64,000 nt of DNA from the human T2T-CHM13v2.0 reference genome, Homo sapiens: NCBI RefSeq assembly GCF_009914755.1, contig NC_060925.1; one strand, written 5' to 3'. This document shows, in pieces, positions 31,848-45,636 of this stretch. A program made the position numbers and the translations under genes. The notes beneath the pieces were generated by a model that ran no database searches, was not told the origin of the DNA, and saw only the letters and a list, made by a program, of their open reading frames with translations. Position 1 is the stretch's first letter. Each line of letters opens with the position of its first letter.

Positions 31848-32237
31848 TGTGTTAGGCCATTCTTTGTGTTGCTATAAAGAAATACCTAAGGCTGAGTAAT
31901 TTATAAGAAAAGAAGTTTAATTGACTCACGGTTCTGCAGGCTGCACAAGCATGGCACCAGCATCTGCTTGGCTTCGGCGGATCTTTCACTCACAGTGGAA
32001 GGCCAGGTGGGATCAAGCAGGTCACATGGCAGAGTAGGGGCAAGACCAGAGTAGAGGGGAGGTGCCACACCTTGTAAACCATCAGATCTTGTAAGAACTC
32101 ACTATCGTGAGGACAGCACCAAGCTATGAGAGATCCATCCCCTTGATCCAGTCACATCCCACCAGTCCCTACCTCCAACATTGGGAATTACATTTCAACA
32201 GGAGTTTAAGAGAGGATACATATCCAAACTATATCCA
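31848..32237. mobile_element. MSTA/MSTB solo LTR inside the L1MA 3'UTR
   Basis: tg..ttagg...ttgctataaagaaatacct...ctcacggttctgcaggctg...atccaaactatatc; splits the L1 sequence agaatggtgg|ttaccagaggctgg. Confidence 0.88.
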
Positions 32238-35200
32238 GTGATTACCAGAGGCTGGGCGTTTAGGCAGGAGAAGAGGCTGGGGGAATGTTGATAAAGGATG
32301 CATAATTACAATTAGATAGGAAGAATAAGTTTAGGAGATCTATTATGCAGCACAGTGACTACAATTCAGTGCCATATTTAATGGTGATGTATTACATTCC
32401 TGAAAAACGCAAAGAGAGTGAATGCTAAGTGTTCTCACCACAAAAATGATAACTATGTAAGGCAATGCATTTGTCAAGTAGATTTAACCATTACATAATG
32501 GTTCAAAACATATTTTGTACACAATAAATACATTCAATTTTATCTGTCAATGAAAAAACATTGGCTATAGATTTCACTTAATAATTGTGAAATGATTACA
32601 TTGGGAAAGATGGGGAATGGCATTTCTGTGTGTGAATGTGTGTGCATAGGGGAATGAACTCAAGCCTCGTCTGCTAGGACATCAAAAAGTAATGTCTAAA
32701 AATGCAAAGCTAAAACATCAGGTTATAAGTAATATAAGCAGGTTATAATACAGCATGGAAATCAGTTTCAACAGAAATTGCTTAAAAAGGTTGACAATAA
32801 CTGCTTTTTGAGTGTGGACCTTGGGGTGGGCTGCGGATGGTTGGGACAGGGTACTGTTATCTTTCAATGGATCTTATAGACATATTTGCCCAATTAAATA
32901 ATATATATTTTATACATAAGGAGTATACTACCACCTATTATAACATCAGGTGTAGGTAAATAAATTTGTGAAAAACAAAGAAAATGTTAAGAAATAAGAA
33001 AATCTTACTTTTCAAATCTGTTGGAATTAAAACACAATGGTTCACTTTGTACTTTTCAGTAAAAGGCTATGGCAAATAATGTATCATGACCATGTAAACT
33101 TTAATTTCCTGAGAAAGAAGTGATAGAAGTGATAATATCAATTTATTTGAGGACACAATCATTAAAATGTGTCCATATGTTCCATTACACACAAATAGCC
33201 TCCTACACACACAAATGCCCCTAATTATATGTACTTAAGTAAAATGAAGCAGAGAACTGAAGTTGGTAAGTACCTTACATATTTTAACTATTCATTCACA
33301 AAATGGTTACTGAGCATGAACTCTGGGCTTGGCATTTTGCTACATGCTAGAAATTCCCAAATTAAAAAAAAAAATCACAAAACTTTCCTAAATGTCTTGA
33401 TATCAAGAAAAAATAAAGATGGGAGGAGGGTCTTTGGTGTTCAGTGCTTCAAATTTATTGCCAAACCTACCTGAAGAGCTGCTTTTTTCAGTCCGGTTTT
33501 CTAGAGCAAACGCTGGAAATGAGTGTTGTCTCTGGAAACAAGTATTTGTGTTTCTTTTTTTGTGGTCAGAGAAGGGGGTTGGAAAATTTAAAATCAATGT
33601 TTACTCTGAAAATTAGAACAATTTTTTTTCATGACTTAATTCAACTGGATTTTATTTATTTTTTTACTCATAATTTCTTTGGATGGGAGGGAACACAGTG
33701 AGAATTCCAAGCTGCTCTTAGGAGAAGTTCGGCTTTATGTGTAACTAACATAATTGGCACTGTCCCTGTAAATTCAAATTGGATATCCTCCCAAATTTTA
33801 TTTAAGCAATTGGCCCATCTTTCCTAAGCCTAATGTCTAAATTTGTCCTGACAGAGGACAAGCAAGCTTTCTGACAGCATTTCCCTTGGAGAACTCAGTT
33901 GTTAGGCAACCTTATCCTGAACAGGCCTTCAGTCTAGCATGGGGCACCCTTCCTAGACTCCAAGGAACCTTAATCTGCGCTCGAGGTTTTTACTATATGT
34001 ATTAAAGATAGTAGATTTCCTTGTCCTTTTGACAGTGGATGACAAATTTTCAAGTCCGTCTTCCCCAAAGTGAGATTCTACTCAGTTACAATGAACACTG
34101 CATTAGGCTTAGTGCAAATAAACTTTTGTCGCTGTGTTAAATTTAATCTTTAATGAGAATTGTTAAAATTTACTGCATCCAGATATAGTTGGAACAGCGT
34201 TGGGAGGCTACAGACTATGATGTGTAATAAAGAATTATCTATGCTCCATGCACTCCAGGGTATGCAAATGTCATCTCTTACACCTTTCCTAATATTGAAT
34301 TCTTTTCTGGTTGCAGAAAAGAATTTCTTTAGTGAGGAGTTTGGGGAAAGAGACGAAGGTGAACAAAACAAACTTTTGTAGGCATTTTCATGTACTTGTA
34401 ACTCAATTTCATATTCGACACAATTTTATGATTTACAATTTCTCACCAGGCATATGAGAAAATTTACGCTAAGAAAACTTCGGTGACATTCCCGACTTGT
34501 GTGAAATTCTGCTACACCTCAGTTTCTACCCACTCTCAGATTAATCCATTTTCTACCATGTTCATGTGACAGAGAGCAAGGCAGTGGTGTTAATGGCTTC
34601 AGTAGGGCCAGGTTCTGATGACAGAGGCAGAGATGGGAACACTCATTTCCAGTCTGTGGACTTTAGCCAGGGAAGTTTCTGGGTTAACTACAAACAGTTT
34701 ATAAGAAAGATCTTGGTGGGTAGTTGAGAGTGGGAAAGAAACTATATCTTACACCAAGCTTTCTTCCCTTTTTGGTTCAAGTTCCCCTGATTTAAAAAAA
34801 GCCTCAAATACATGGCAGCAAGAGTAAAATGGTAATCTGTACCTTCCCCTCACAAAGTTACTCCCTCACTGTACTAACTTCAAATTCTATGTAGAATATT
34901 TAAATACAAACATTATTAAATACTGGCAGTTCCTTTGCTCCAGTCATACTTTCTTTTAAAACAAAAAACCACTAGGGAAATTATATGCAAAAAGCTATGT
35001 TAATAAAGCACTCAGGTACAAATTTATACTAAAAAAAAAATGTTAGGAGATACAAAGCCTGAGAGACTCTTAGTCACGTACAAGCAACCATATTTTTCAT
35101 ATTCTATATAAAGCTATTTTAACAGCTTAATGAGTAATCTCAAAAAATTATGTACAGGATAAGTGAATTAATGTTACTGGAAAAACGTTAAGCTTTGATA

Positions 35201-36317
35201 TTTCCAAAGTTTTTCATGCTTCCATCCATTAGCTAAATGTGACAGCTCAGCTTTTTGAGACCATGTACATTACAGCAGTCACCTATCCATGGGCTTTAAG
35301 ATCATATTTCCTCATCAAAGGCAAATGTTCTTCAATCTCCCTTCCAAGCTTATGCTCAAGGAAGACTCTCACCTGTGTTGAGACAATGTCTCCCACAGGG
35401 CTAGCTTTACATAAAGTGGAGTCAGCAGTATAGACAGGGTTGCTTGATGTGAGTTTGTAAGAAGTGAGCTCCCTCAAAAGCCTTGGGACTGTTGGATTGG
35501 TGTCTGCAAAGCCAGCCTTGGGTTTAGAGCCCTTTGTTTTAAGGACCTGATGGCATTTACAAAGCTTATACCTTATCTGTTTCAAGCCAGCTGATTGCTA
35601 ATCAGTTTATTAAAAACCTTTACAGATGTTACCCCATGCATGAAAAGCCACATCTGTGTATAATGAAACAAATGGATTATAAAAGCAGAGGGGCCAACTT
35701 GACCATCCAACTTGAGTCAGTGCTTATGGATTGTTTGTTTTTTCCAATTTTCCTTTTGCCAGCAATTCTTTGTAATGCCTCTGGTTTTGTGATGTAATTC
35801 TAGTGAAATCAACCTTCAACAGCCCAAAGTTATATCATTAATGATGATCGATTTCAATTACAATTACTAATTGATCCCAGACTGCTAAGAGGACTCCTGG
35901 TGGCAGGCAGTCACACTGCACTTTGGGCAGGAGGAGGGAGGTTCTTACAGCTTGCTAATTTGTTTGGCTTGGCTAGTTAATTTTTTTTTAATCACTTGTA
36001 AATGAAGAATCTGAGAGAAGGGTAGATAGGGAGATACTCATTTGGTATGGTACAGAGAAGAGAGGGATCTATCAATAGATGTGTATGAAAAAAAGATTCT
36101 GGAGGACTAAGAAGCAGTTTACAGCTTTGTCATAGATGACTTTCTTGGATACATTACACTCATTGCTGATATTTGGTCAGTTTTGGTGGTAGCATTTTCT
36201 TTCTCTAAGAACCATCTTCAATTTCCTAAACTATTAATGCTAGGTCACAAATCTTACTTGAATTTATAAATATGGAAGGAACCACAAGCATGGAGACCAA
36301 GAAAGTCATTTTAGGGA

Positions 36318-36505
36318 AAAGGTCCTCAAAGTATGATTCCCAGGCCAACAGCATCAAGATCATTTGGAAGCTTATTAGAAAAGCAGATTTTCAGATCCCA
36401 TTCTAGTCTTCATGAATCAGAAACTCTAGTGGTGGAAAGTAGCAGTCTGCATTTTTACAAATGTCCCCACTGGTTCTGATGCATGCTAACTGCGGAGAAC
36501 CACCG
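36318..36505. mobile_element. MER5A (hAT-Charlie)
   Basis: ctcaaagt...cagcatca...ttattagaaaagcagatt...tgaatcagaaactct...ggttctgatgcatgc...gagaaccac. Confidence 0.85.
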
Positions 36506-37904
36506 ATTTAGGGTATCACCACTATAAAGTGTAAAGCCAGGAATCAAACAAGAAAATCAGACTCCAGAGTTCTTGCTCTAGGCTGTAAAGACTCAAGGAT
36601 TTCTGAGGGTATAATTTTTCGAAGGAGAATTACAGCAAACACAGCTTTCTAAAACCCAAATGGTTAAAAGGAAACACCATTTTAAAGTAAAAGAGAAGAT
36701 TAACAAACTATAGCAAACATGGAGGAAGGAGTCACTTGAAGCCTTCAGGACTCGAGACAGGTGGCCATACACATCCTCTTTCTACTACTATGCTCTTTAC
36801 ATAAAACTGTATATATGTGGCTTTGTCTAATTCTGTTCATGTTCTTCAGTCAGCGGATGGCCACTTTCCTCTTCACTGCCCTTGTACATAAGGGTGTGAT
36901 ACGGAAAGCTGCAATTTAGCCTAATACTTTCAAATGTTGCCTGCTTGTACAAAGCCCTCAGGGTGTTCTCCCTTGGGGCTTCAGGCCTGGATAACAGGCT
37001 CAGTATGTAAGTAAGACAAAAGGTGCGTGATGCTGGAAAGAAAAGAGAAAATCAACATCAATTAAGATGGGCTGGGGTGGAAAGAAAATGATTGTGAAAG
37101 AAAGAAAAGGAGAGAGCGAGAGGAAACAAAATGACTTAGAAAAGGAAGAAAGAGAATGTGAAAGAAACAAGGAGGGAGGAACCTGAGACAAGAGTAGGGA
37201 GGGCGGAAGGGATGGGAACACCCGGCAGCTGTTTGGAATAGATTGCGTGCACCCTCCATTTCCAGTGGACTCTTTCCTGCGTTCGTCAGCCGTCTGCAAT
37301 GTGGTGATTAATCATTCATGTCAAAATCCCTAATCCTATTCAATGAAAAACAAATGCCATGGCACCCAGCCCTTTGCTATCCCATGTACTTCACATGCTT
37401 GCCTGGGTGAGGTTGTCTGGGACCAAGATGGTTTTCTGGGGACCCTCAGTACAAATTCTGGGCAGCTCCACATGTTGGAGATGCCCTATGATCTCAAGGG
37501 TCTTGCCTTTTACCGGAAGAAAAAAAATCACTAGCAATAAAGGTCACGTTGTGCTAGTTAAGCAAACAATCAACATTCATTTAATTCTCTTTTAAAGAGA
37601 AAGTAGCCTCGGTTATTTATAAAGCTCCTTCCTCCAAGGAACAGGGCCCAGCTACACCACTTACTTCATCAGTCCTCCTAATGTAGCTTCGTGGCAGTGG
37701 TTAGCTATGTTGTCTCATTTTGCAAATTCTTCCTAAGTTTGTGCAATCTTTCCTCCTACCCGCTTCCCTCTTCTGGCTTCATTTTCTTTGTCATGTATTT
37801 TCTTCATCCATGTGAGATTTACACTGGAAAAAACAGTCTGGAAACATGATTTGCCCTAAATGACATTAATACAGACCGCCTCGGTAATTGCCATTTGCCC
37901 TGGG

Positions 37905-38150
37905 AAAACAGTATGATTGTCTAGCACAGAGGTTAGAATAGAGAGGTTTAACCCTTTCTATTCAGGCTCCAGAACTGGAAATGCTAGACTTCAAATCCCA
38001 TTCTCTACCTGGGTGGCTGTATAACCCATGGCCCATAGCTCTATATGCATAAGCATGAGTTTTCTTATGTGCCAAGGCAGGAATATCAGTGAGGTCTAAA
38101 TTGAATGATGCATGTAAACTGTGACACATAATTGGTGCTCAGTAAACATT
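37905..38150 (+). mobile_element. MIR
   Basis: ttcaaatccca.tctctacc...ggctgtataacc...gagttttcttatgtg...gtgagg...aaat.gaatgatgcatgtaaa. Confidence 0.65.
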
Positions 38151-38604
38151 GGCTTTTTTTATCTAGTAAGTCAGAGAACTGACATTTTTCACTGTTGCCA
38201 TGTCACCCTTTTTGAGGGAGAGCCTAAGCATGCAGAACTGTTGTCTGGGGAAGGGCATCACTTTTTAGCACTCACCGCAAGGCAAAGTTTCCACCTGTCT
38301 ATTAAGCAGGCTTAAGACCTTTAACAGCTGTAAGAACTAAAACAATGCTGCTGCTTCCGACCTCACACATCCCTGATTTAACATAAGATAACGGTGAGGA
38401 ACTCCGTCAAAATTCTACTTTTTCTCACAATGACTACTATGCTTTTGAAATAGATACACTGTTTTTTTTTCTCAAAACTTTTGCTTTGTTGTTGTTAGTG
38501 TGCTTTCCTTCCTGGTGCTTGAAGAATGTGTATAGGCTGTCTACTGTGTGGCATCCTGTATTTGCAGCAAGAAGGATCCTGGCTCTGATTGGGCCCTAAA
38601 ACAC

Positions 38605-38830
38605 ATTACTTATTGAAGATCTATTATGAGTCAGGTCCATGCATGGGCTTTACATTAATAGACTTATTTGAGCATCACTTGGACAGCAAACTTATGTGTT
38701 AAATGTGACTATCTCTACTTTATCAGGAAGAAAAAGGAGCCTCTGGAAGTAAAGTGGGTTACTCAAGGTCACATAGCTAGTAAGCCACAGGGTAAAATTG
38801 AAACCATATTGTCCCTAGTCTCCATGACCT
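38605..38830 (-). mobile_element. MIR
   Basis: tacttattgaag...ggctttacat...aagtaaagtgggttactcaaggtcacatagctagtaag. Confidence 0.7.
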
Positions 38831-39151
38831 ATGCCATGGGAAGAAAATAGGGAAGAAAGTGATGATGTAAGTATAGAGGAAACTCAAGAAAATCCAATTA
38901 TAGAAACTATGACTCCTTTTGGACCAATTTTATTAAAATCAGAAAGAGAAACACAGACAAGAAGCTAAAACAATGAGCCATTTAGCACACATACAAGAGT
39001 CAGGCATCCCTTGAAGTCTATGTTCCATATTCCTGAGAGTTCAGGACTGTGCAGTGAGGGATTCAGATAGAAAGAGAAAAGGAGCATTGGAGAGTACATA
39101 GTGACCTGGACAAGGCAGGTACTCAAAAAATATTCATAAGATGTACGCATG

Positions 39152-39490
<339 letters not shown>

Positions 39491-40204
39491 TTAGCAGGAA
39501 AATACTCTCCTGGGCCTGCACAACATCCAGGTTTGGGGGTTGCACCAAGGATGTCAAGAGAGAAATTGTGAAGGACCAGGAAAGGTTACAGGGGTGAGAT
39601 TACAGCTTTTAAAAAATTTTAATATATGGAAGATATTCCTCTGGGTTTCCTCTTAATATGACACAAGAAATGCGAAGTCATGGGTAAACATTGGTTTTAA
39701 TTAATATTCATATAGAATATGTTGTATTAAAGCCAATACATATTTAATGATAGAGTATGCAAAATCCAGATAAATTATAAAGTTAAATCACATATCACTT
39801 TCTGCAGACAACCCAAGATTTAAGGGACCTGTACTGTTGGTATACTTCCGGGGAAAATTTTGAGAAACATTGGCTCAAAATAAGAAGGACAAAGTGAAAT
39901 GCAGGATAAAAACTAGCAATAAATCCACAATCAACTAACTGATAGTGATAAATTATATTCTACCTACTGAGGACAGGAGTTCATAATCTTAATTTTAATA
40001 TTTTTTTTCCTCTAAAACCAAGGACTGCAATAAGAACCACTCCGTGAAACATAAAGGACTGAATGTAACAGCTGAGAAGTATACCTTCACAGAATCTCAA
40101 TAAATATGTTCCAAGAAAGGAATGCAGTTAGCATAAGGCTAGTCCAGAGTTGAAATTCAAGAAACGTGAATTTTCCTCCTTCCCTTGGTGGGCCCTCCCT
40201 CAGC

Positions 40205-40520
40205 AGCCAGGGATGGGGATTGAAGAGACATCGGTCAAAGGACAAGAAATTTCAGTTAGATTGGAGAAATAAGTTCAAGATATCTATTGTAAAACATGTC
40301 GGCTATAGTTAATGGCAATGTATTGTATTTTTGAATATTACTAAGAGAGTAGATTTAAAGAGTTCTTATCACACACCCACAAAAATAAATAATCGAGCAA
40401 TGTATGTTAATTAGTTTATAGCCATTGCACAATGTATATGTATTTTAAAACATGTTGTCATGATAAAAATACACAATTTTCATTTTTCAGTTTAGAAATA
40501 AACTAAAAAAAATTAAAAAG
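40205..40520 (+). mobile_element. L1MA 3' end fragment
   Basis: ggtcaaaggac...atttcagttaga...aataagttcaaga...tctattgta...aagagagtagattt. Confidence 0.85.
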
Positions 40521-42071
40521 CAATGTGAGTCAAGTTCGTTGGGAAAAGAGGTGAAAAGAATATCACCGAGAGGTCGAGAATGGGGAAGCCATGGTGCTGC
40601 TTTGTATTTTTCAGCTCCTAACAGGATGCTATGGAAGACAATTTTCATTCTCCACCAGATAGTTTTTTTGTTTCATAACTCAGAGAGAATTCTGCATTGC
40701 ATAGTGCAATGACCAGAGTGGCATTTCTTACATGTTCGTGGTGCTCTGAGTCCTGTGAAGAAACAGCAGAAATCTTGCTGTGACAGGACTGCCGGCTAGG
40801 CTGGACTGGAGGAGAGTAGGCTATTAGTGGCCATTTCCAGGGGTCCCTCCTATTCTTGGTCATCAAAACCTCTCCTATCAACAGAGCACAAGCTGAACAA
40901 CTCTATGGACCAGGTGTTACAGAGGAGGTTCAAGTATCTGGTTCTCCTTGGATTAAAGAATCCATGGTCCCTTCCACACATACTTCTAAGAATGTTTGTC
41001 ATTCTGTAGGATAAATTCCCAGAGAACTCTTTTTTGTGGTGTGATTTTAATTCTGCACTGTTGTTTAAAGTTAGAACTTCAGATATTTAAGTAAGGCCTT
41101 TTTTCTTGTTCTAATGGATTATTTGTAATATAACAGGAACAAGACACCATACTTGTTTGTTTGCCAGAGTAAGGTGAATTTTCCTCCTTTCCTCGGCCGG
41201 TCACTCCCTCAGCAGCCTAAAGGGAATGTAGGAGGTGAATTTATTCCTCTCAGAAGTACAGTTTATCATTGCTTGGTGCTCTCTAAATCCACTTTTAATT
41301 CACTCTTGTGTCTCAGAGGGCGTGGTTACATGCCTAGAAATGTCCTCTCACAGAAGAGTGAACAAAAGCAACATGCTCAACCTTGATGGTGCAGGGCTGC
41401 TTGGTCCTGATTGCCAGGCATCTTTAGGGTAGCAAAGGACCTGGAAACCAAAAGATATGAAAGTCCAAACCATTTTAATTTCCCTCCCATATTCCTGAAG
41501 GAATTTAATCTCAAAACATAGAAGCAGCAGAATCTCATGTCAATATTCTCTTAGGAGAAAATGTAATGGCTCTTGTGTGGTCACCTAAACTCTGGGAACA
41601 TTTAAGAATGGCCTATTAGGGGGCTGAGTAAATATGTGAGATTAATAAAATATAGTAGATTTTTACCCTTCAATTCTGGCATTGAATTTATCCTGGCTTA
41701 GTTCCTGTGACCAGTATCTCACCAGCATTTTGATTCATTTTATTCTGTTGTCTGTTATGTTTGACACTCATGATGATAACTTCATATTTGCTTTATCAGT
41801 CATGTTCCTTCAAAGAGATAAATATTTCGATTAATTTTGACTAGCCCTCCTGTTTTTCTGCTTTTAGGCAGGACTGATGGAAACTACAGCATTCTACTTT
41901 TCTATTGGATTCTGCATGGACACCAGGATGAAAAATGAACAAATATTCTCTGCCATTATTTCTTGGTTTAGTGTTCACTCTGTGGGGAAACAAACGTGTA
42001 TCAGTCACCATGTCTACCTCCAAGTTATTTGTAATATAATAATAGGGGATTTATTTTATAGTGACTCCAAA

Positions 42072-42900
42072 ATTATTTATTGAGCATCTACTATGATCGA
42101 GGCATTTTGCTTGGAATAAAATGGTGAACGGCATTGGCATATTCCTTTTATTTGCAACAGTAACAGATTAGTGAGGATTTGAGGTAAGTAAATAGTATAG
42201 TGTTATGATAGCAGTGAAGCACAAGGCAGAAACATTTAACCCACTTCCAGAAGATCATTGAAGGTTTTCATATAAAAGTGTCATCTAAGCTGAACAGTGG
42301 GAAAGAAGGATGGTACCAAGAAAAGCAGGAGTATATTAGGAGAAGAAAATAGAAAGGGAAGAAGAAAGAGTGTTGCAGGCATAGAGACCACCATGAATCT
42401 GAAGCAGGAGAGAATATTTAGTCTGGCCAGATCAGAGAGGGCGAGGTGGAGAATGGCAAGATGTAAAACTGAATAAGTAATCAAATGACAAATCATGAAT
42501 TATCCTTTACATCATATTAGGAAATTTTTGCCTTACCTTAATAACCTTATAGAACCACAGAGGTTTAAGCAGAGAAGTGATATGAGCAGATTTGCCTTTT
42601 AGAAACAATTATCTGGCCACAACATCGACATAGGATTGAAGGGCTGCGAGCTGGAGGAGTGAGGAGGCTCTTGCAATAATCTACATGAGAGATAAAAATG
42701 ACCTAGGCTGGGAAGAGGTAATGGGGAAGAAGAAAAACGACCATATTCTAGAACTATCTAAGAGGTAGAATTGTGAAACTTCATAACTAAACACAGGTTT
42801 GAGGAAAAGAGGAGAATCAAGGATGCACCCACACTGCTGGTTTGGATACCTGGGTGTTGGCACTGAGATAGGGCACCCAGAAGATCAGACTTGGAGTCAG
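42072..42900 (-). mobile_element. L2 fragment
   Basis: atttattgagcatctactatg...tttaagcagagaagtgatatgagcagatttgccttttagaaa...gaggagaatcaaggatg. Confidence 0.75.
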
Positions 42901-43234
42901 AAAATGGAGAAGATGATGAGATAAGAAAAGTATACAGAAAACATCAGTGCAATGTAGGTATGCTAAATGTTGGAAATATCCAAACCAAAAAAAAACACGA
43001 AGATTGAAAGGAGCAAATGCTCACCCCGGGTCTGGCCAATACTGGATGAATTTATAAAGGAGGGCGCATCTGAACCAAGCTTTAATGGACAGGTGTGAAC
43101 TGAGAAGAGTATTCTAGGACACAGAGATAGGATAGAGTGGACGTTTTATTGCTACCTTTAAACAATAAAACTGTGGCTAGGAACCTAAGGATTATACTAT
43201 GGCCTCCAACCATCTATTCTGAACATAAAAGCCA

Positions 43235-43840
43235 TTTTTATTTTTTTAAACCTAAGTTGTATCGTGTCTCTCCTCTGCTCAGCATCCTCCAAAGTCTCCC
43301 AACTCCTGAGAAGTAAAACCCAAATCCTTACAATGACCTGCAAAGCCCTCCTGACCACATGTACCTAATTTCCTCCCACTCCTTTGACCTCACGTATTCC
43401 CCTTGCTCATCGTGCTCTGAGCATTTGGCCTCCTCCAGTAGTCCAGGTGTGCTTTCATCTTAGGACTCCAACACATGTTCTTCCTTCTCCGTGGAAATTT
43501 CTTCTTCCATTTATGGCTCACTCTTTACTTCAAGATTAATCTCAACTGTTACCTAACTATCATTATCATAGTAAATGCCTACTATTTGGAATCTCACCTA
43601 TCTGCAATTCTCTCCATATCCCTTTCCTGATTTACTTTTCCCCATGACATTTATCACTTTCTAATATGCTATATAATTTAAGCATTTTATTTATTGTTTA
43701 CCTGTACTTATTAGGATGTAAGTTTATGAAAGCCAGATATTTTTATTGTTTTTACATTAGTTCACTGATATACCTGAGTACTAATATAATGCCTGATGCA
43801 TGGTAAGCCTCCAATAAGCATTTGTCAAATAAATAAATAA
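43235..43840 (+). mobile_element. L2a-like 3' region
   Basis: tctcctctgctca...caaatccttacaatgacctgcaaagccct...tgtaagttt...gcctgatgcatggtaag...aataagcatttgtcaaataaataaat. Confidence 0.8.
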
Positions 43841-43979
43841 ATGTATAAATTTACAACATATTTTATATAGGCAACAATTTCAAATCCCCTATGGAAATAT
43901 TTTCATTAGAAAATGTTTTTAAAAGTGTGTTTCCAGGGAAGAAATACGGAAAATATCATGCAGTTAAGACCTGTAGGGC

Positions 43980-44166
43980 AAGTCTCCACCTTAGTTGCAC
44001 AATGAATTACTTGAGGAGCTTTTTAAAAAAATACAAGTACTTGGATGTCTTTCCCTGAGATTTTGACTTAATTAGATGAAGTATAACTCAGGTATAAGAA
44101 TTTTTAAAAGCCCTCCTCTTCTCTTCCAGGTGATTCTAAAGTACTGACACTGTTGAGAGAAACTGC
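43980..44166. mobile_element. MER5B/MER5A1-like hAT element
   Basis: gcacaatgaattacttgaggagctttttaaaa...ccaggtgattctaa...gttgagagaaactg. Confidence 0.7.
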
Positions 44167-44493
44167 TTTCAGGGGAAGGAAGAATCTGAAACTAGAACTG
44201 AAACACAGAGTTAGAAATTGGACGTCTTTGCCTATCAGGCCAAAAAGCCTGGAGATCACTCTGCAACAAATCTGTTCAAAATTCAGTCCACATTCTTCTC
44301 TACTAATCACTCTTTCCTTCTCTTCTACAGCAACAGGCTCTTTTATATTTTAGGCTTCGAAATCTTCTGCCAGTAGTACAACTCACAAATTCAAAACCTC
44401 TGAATCATCGTTGAGTCCCTTCTTGCTCCATATCCAATCAGCTACCAAATACCTCTAGTTTCCTCCTCACAATATTCACAATACACTCAAACA

Positions 44494-44766
44494 ATTTTTT
44501 TTTTTTTTTTGAGATGGAGTCTTGATTTGTCACCCAGGCTGGAGTGCAGTGGCGTGATCTTGGCTCACTACAACCTCTGCCTCCCAGGTTAAAGCGATTC
44601 TCCTGCCTCAGCTTCCTTAGTAGCTAGGGTTACAGGCATGTGCCACCATGCCTGGCTAATTTTTATATTTTTGGTAGAGACAGGGTTTCCGCATGTTGGC
44701 CATACTGGTCTTGAACTCCTGATCCCAAGTGATCCACCTGCCTCGGCCTCCCAAAGTGCTGGGATT
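44494..44766 (-). mobile_element. AluS (slightly 5'-truncated) within degenerate L2 (approximately 44390-45430)
   Basis: Poly-T followed by gagatggagtc...caagtgatccacctgcctcggcctcccaaagtgctgggatt. Confidence 0.93.
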
Positions 44767-45584
44767 CTTCCATCTCAATTCTTCCATCACCAAGTTTCCC
44801 ACCTGGATAATTACAAAAGCCTGCTAGCTAGGGTATCTCTCCTCTAAGATCTAACCATCCACTACTCCCCTTCCACTACTATCCAGTCTCGTTCTATATT
44901 CTTTCTAAAATGTCATTGAATCATGACACTTTCCTCATCAAATTTTTTTTTCTTTGCCTGATATTCATATCTTCTGTAATTACCCATAATCTACCTTTCC
45001 AGGGTATTCTTCCACTAATTACTTTTGAAAACAGTCACCTTCAGTTAAACTGGATCTACTCATTACCCACTTATGGTATGCTCATTCTTCCTGTGCACTT
45101 TTGACATGTTTCTCATGTCTAAGATTGTCTCGACTCTCTTCTTTTTAAAATTCCAACCCATTCATTAAAGTGAACTCACCTCCTCAACATAGCCTTCCCT
45201 AATCATTCCAAAGTATAATCTTCCCGTGAACTCATAGCAATTATTGTTTATACCACTCATTTTGTACTTAAGGTTAAATCCCTCTGTGAAATTTCTCTAA
45301 ATTTATGCCGCAATTTGATGTCTCATTTTCCCAAATAGCTTATAAGCTGTCAGTACAAGGATGAAACACAGTTCCTATAAAGTTCCTTGAACATAATAAG
45401 TGTTCAAGTTTATTATTTAAAAGAATGAATTAAAGCATTAATAATGATCTGGTCTTAACATATCACAGTGACTACATGTCTTACTCTTGATACTGATGGA
45501 GAGACCTATCGTCATCACCTTATCCATGCAAGTGTTCCCTAGGCCTGTAATCTTTGAGGGGTGGCTGTGTTGCCCAGATGTGTT

Positions 45585-45636
45585 ATTCAAGTGCAAACCA
45601 GAACTGATTGTGACATTCAAGTGCAAACCAGAACTG
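45585..45636. repeat. Direct repeat, 22-bp perfect core at 30-bp period
   Basis: attcaagtgcaaaccagaactg at 45585-45606 and 45615-45636. Confidence 0.9.

Noticed and set aside
45585-45636. Repeat-spacer-repeat as a CRISPR-like array
   Set aside because: Only two units with an 8-bp spacer, in a primate genome with no cas genes; it is a simple tandem duplication.
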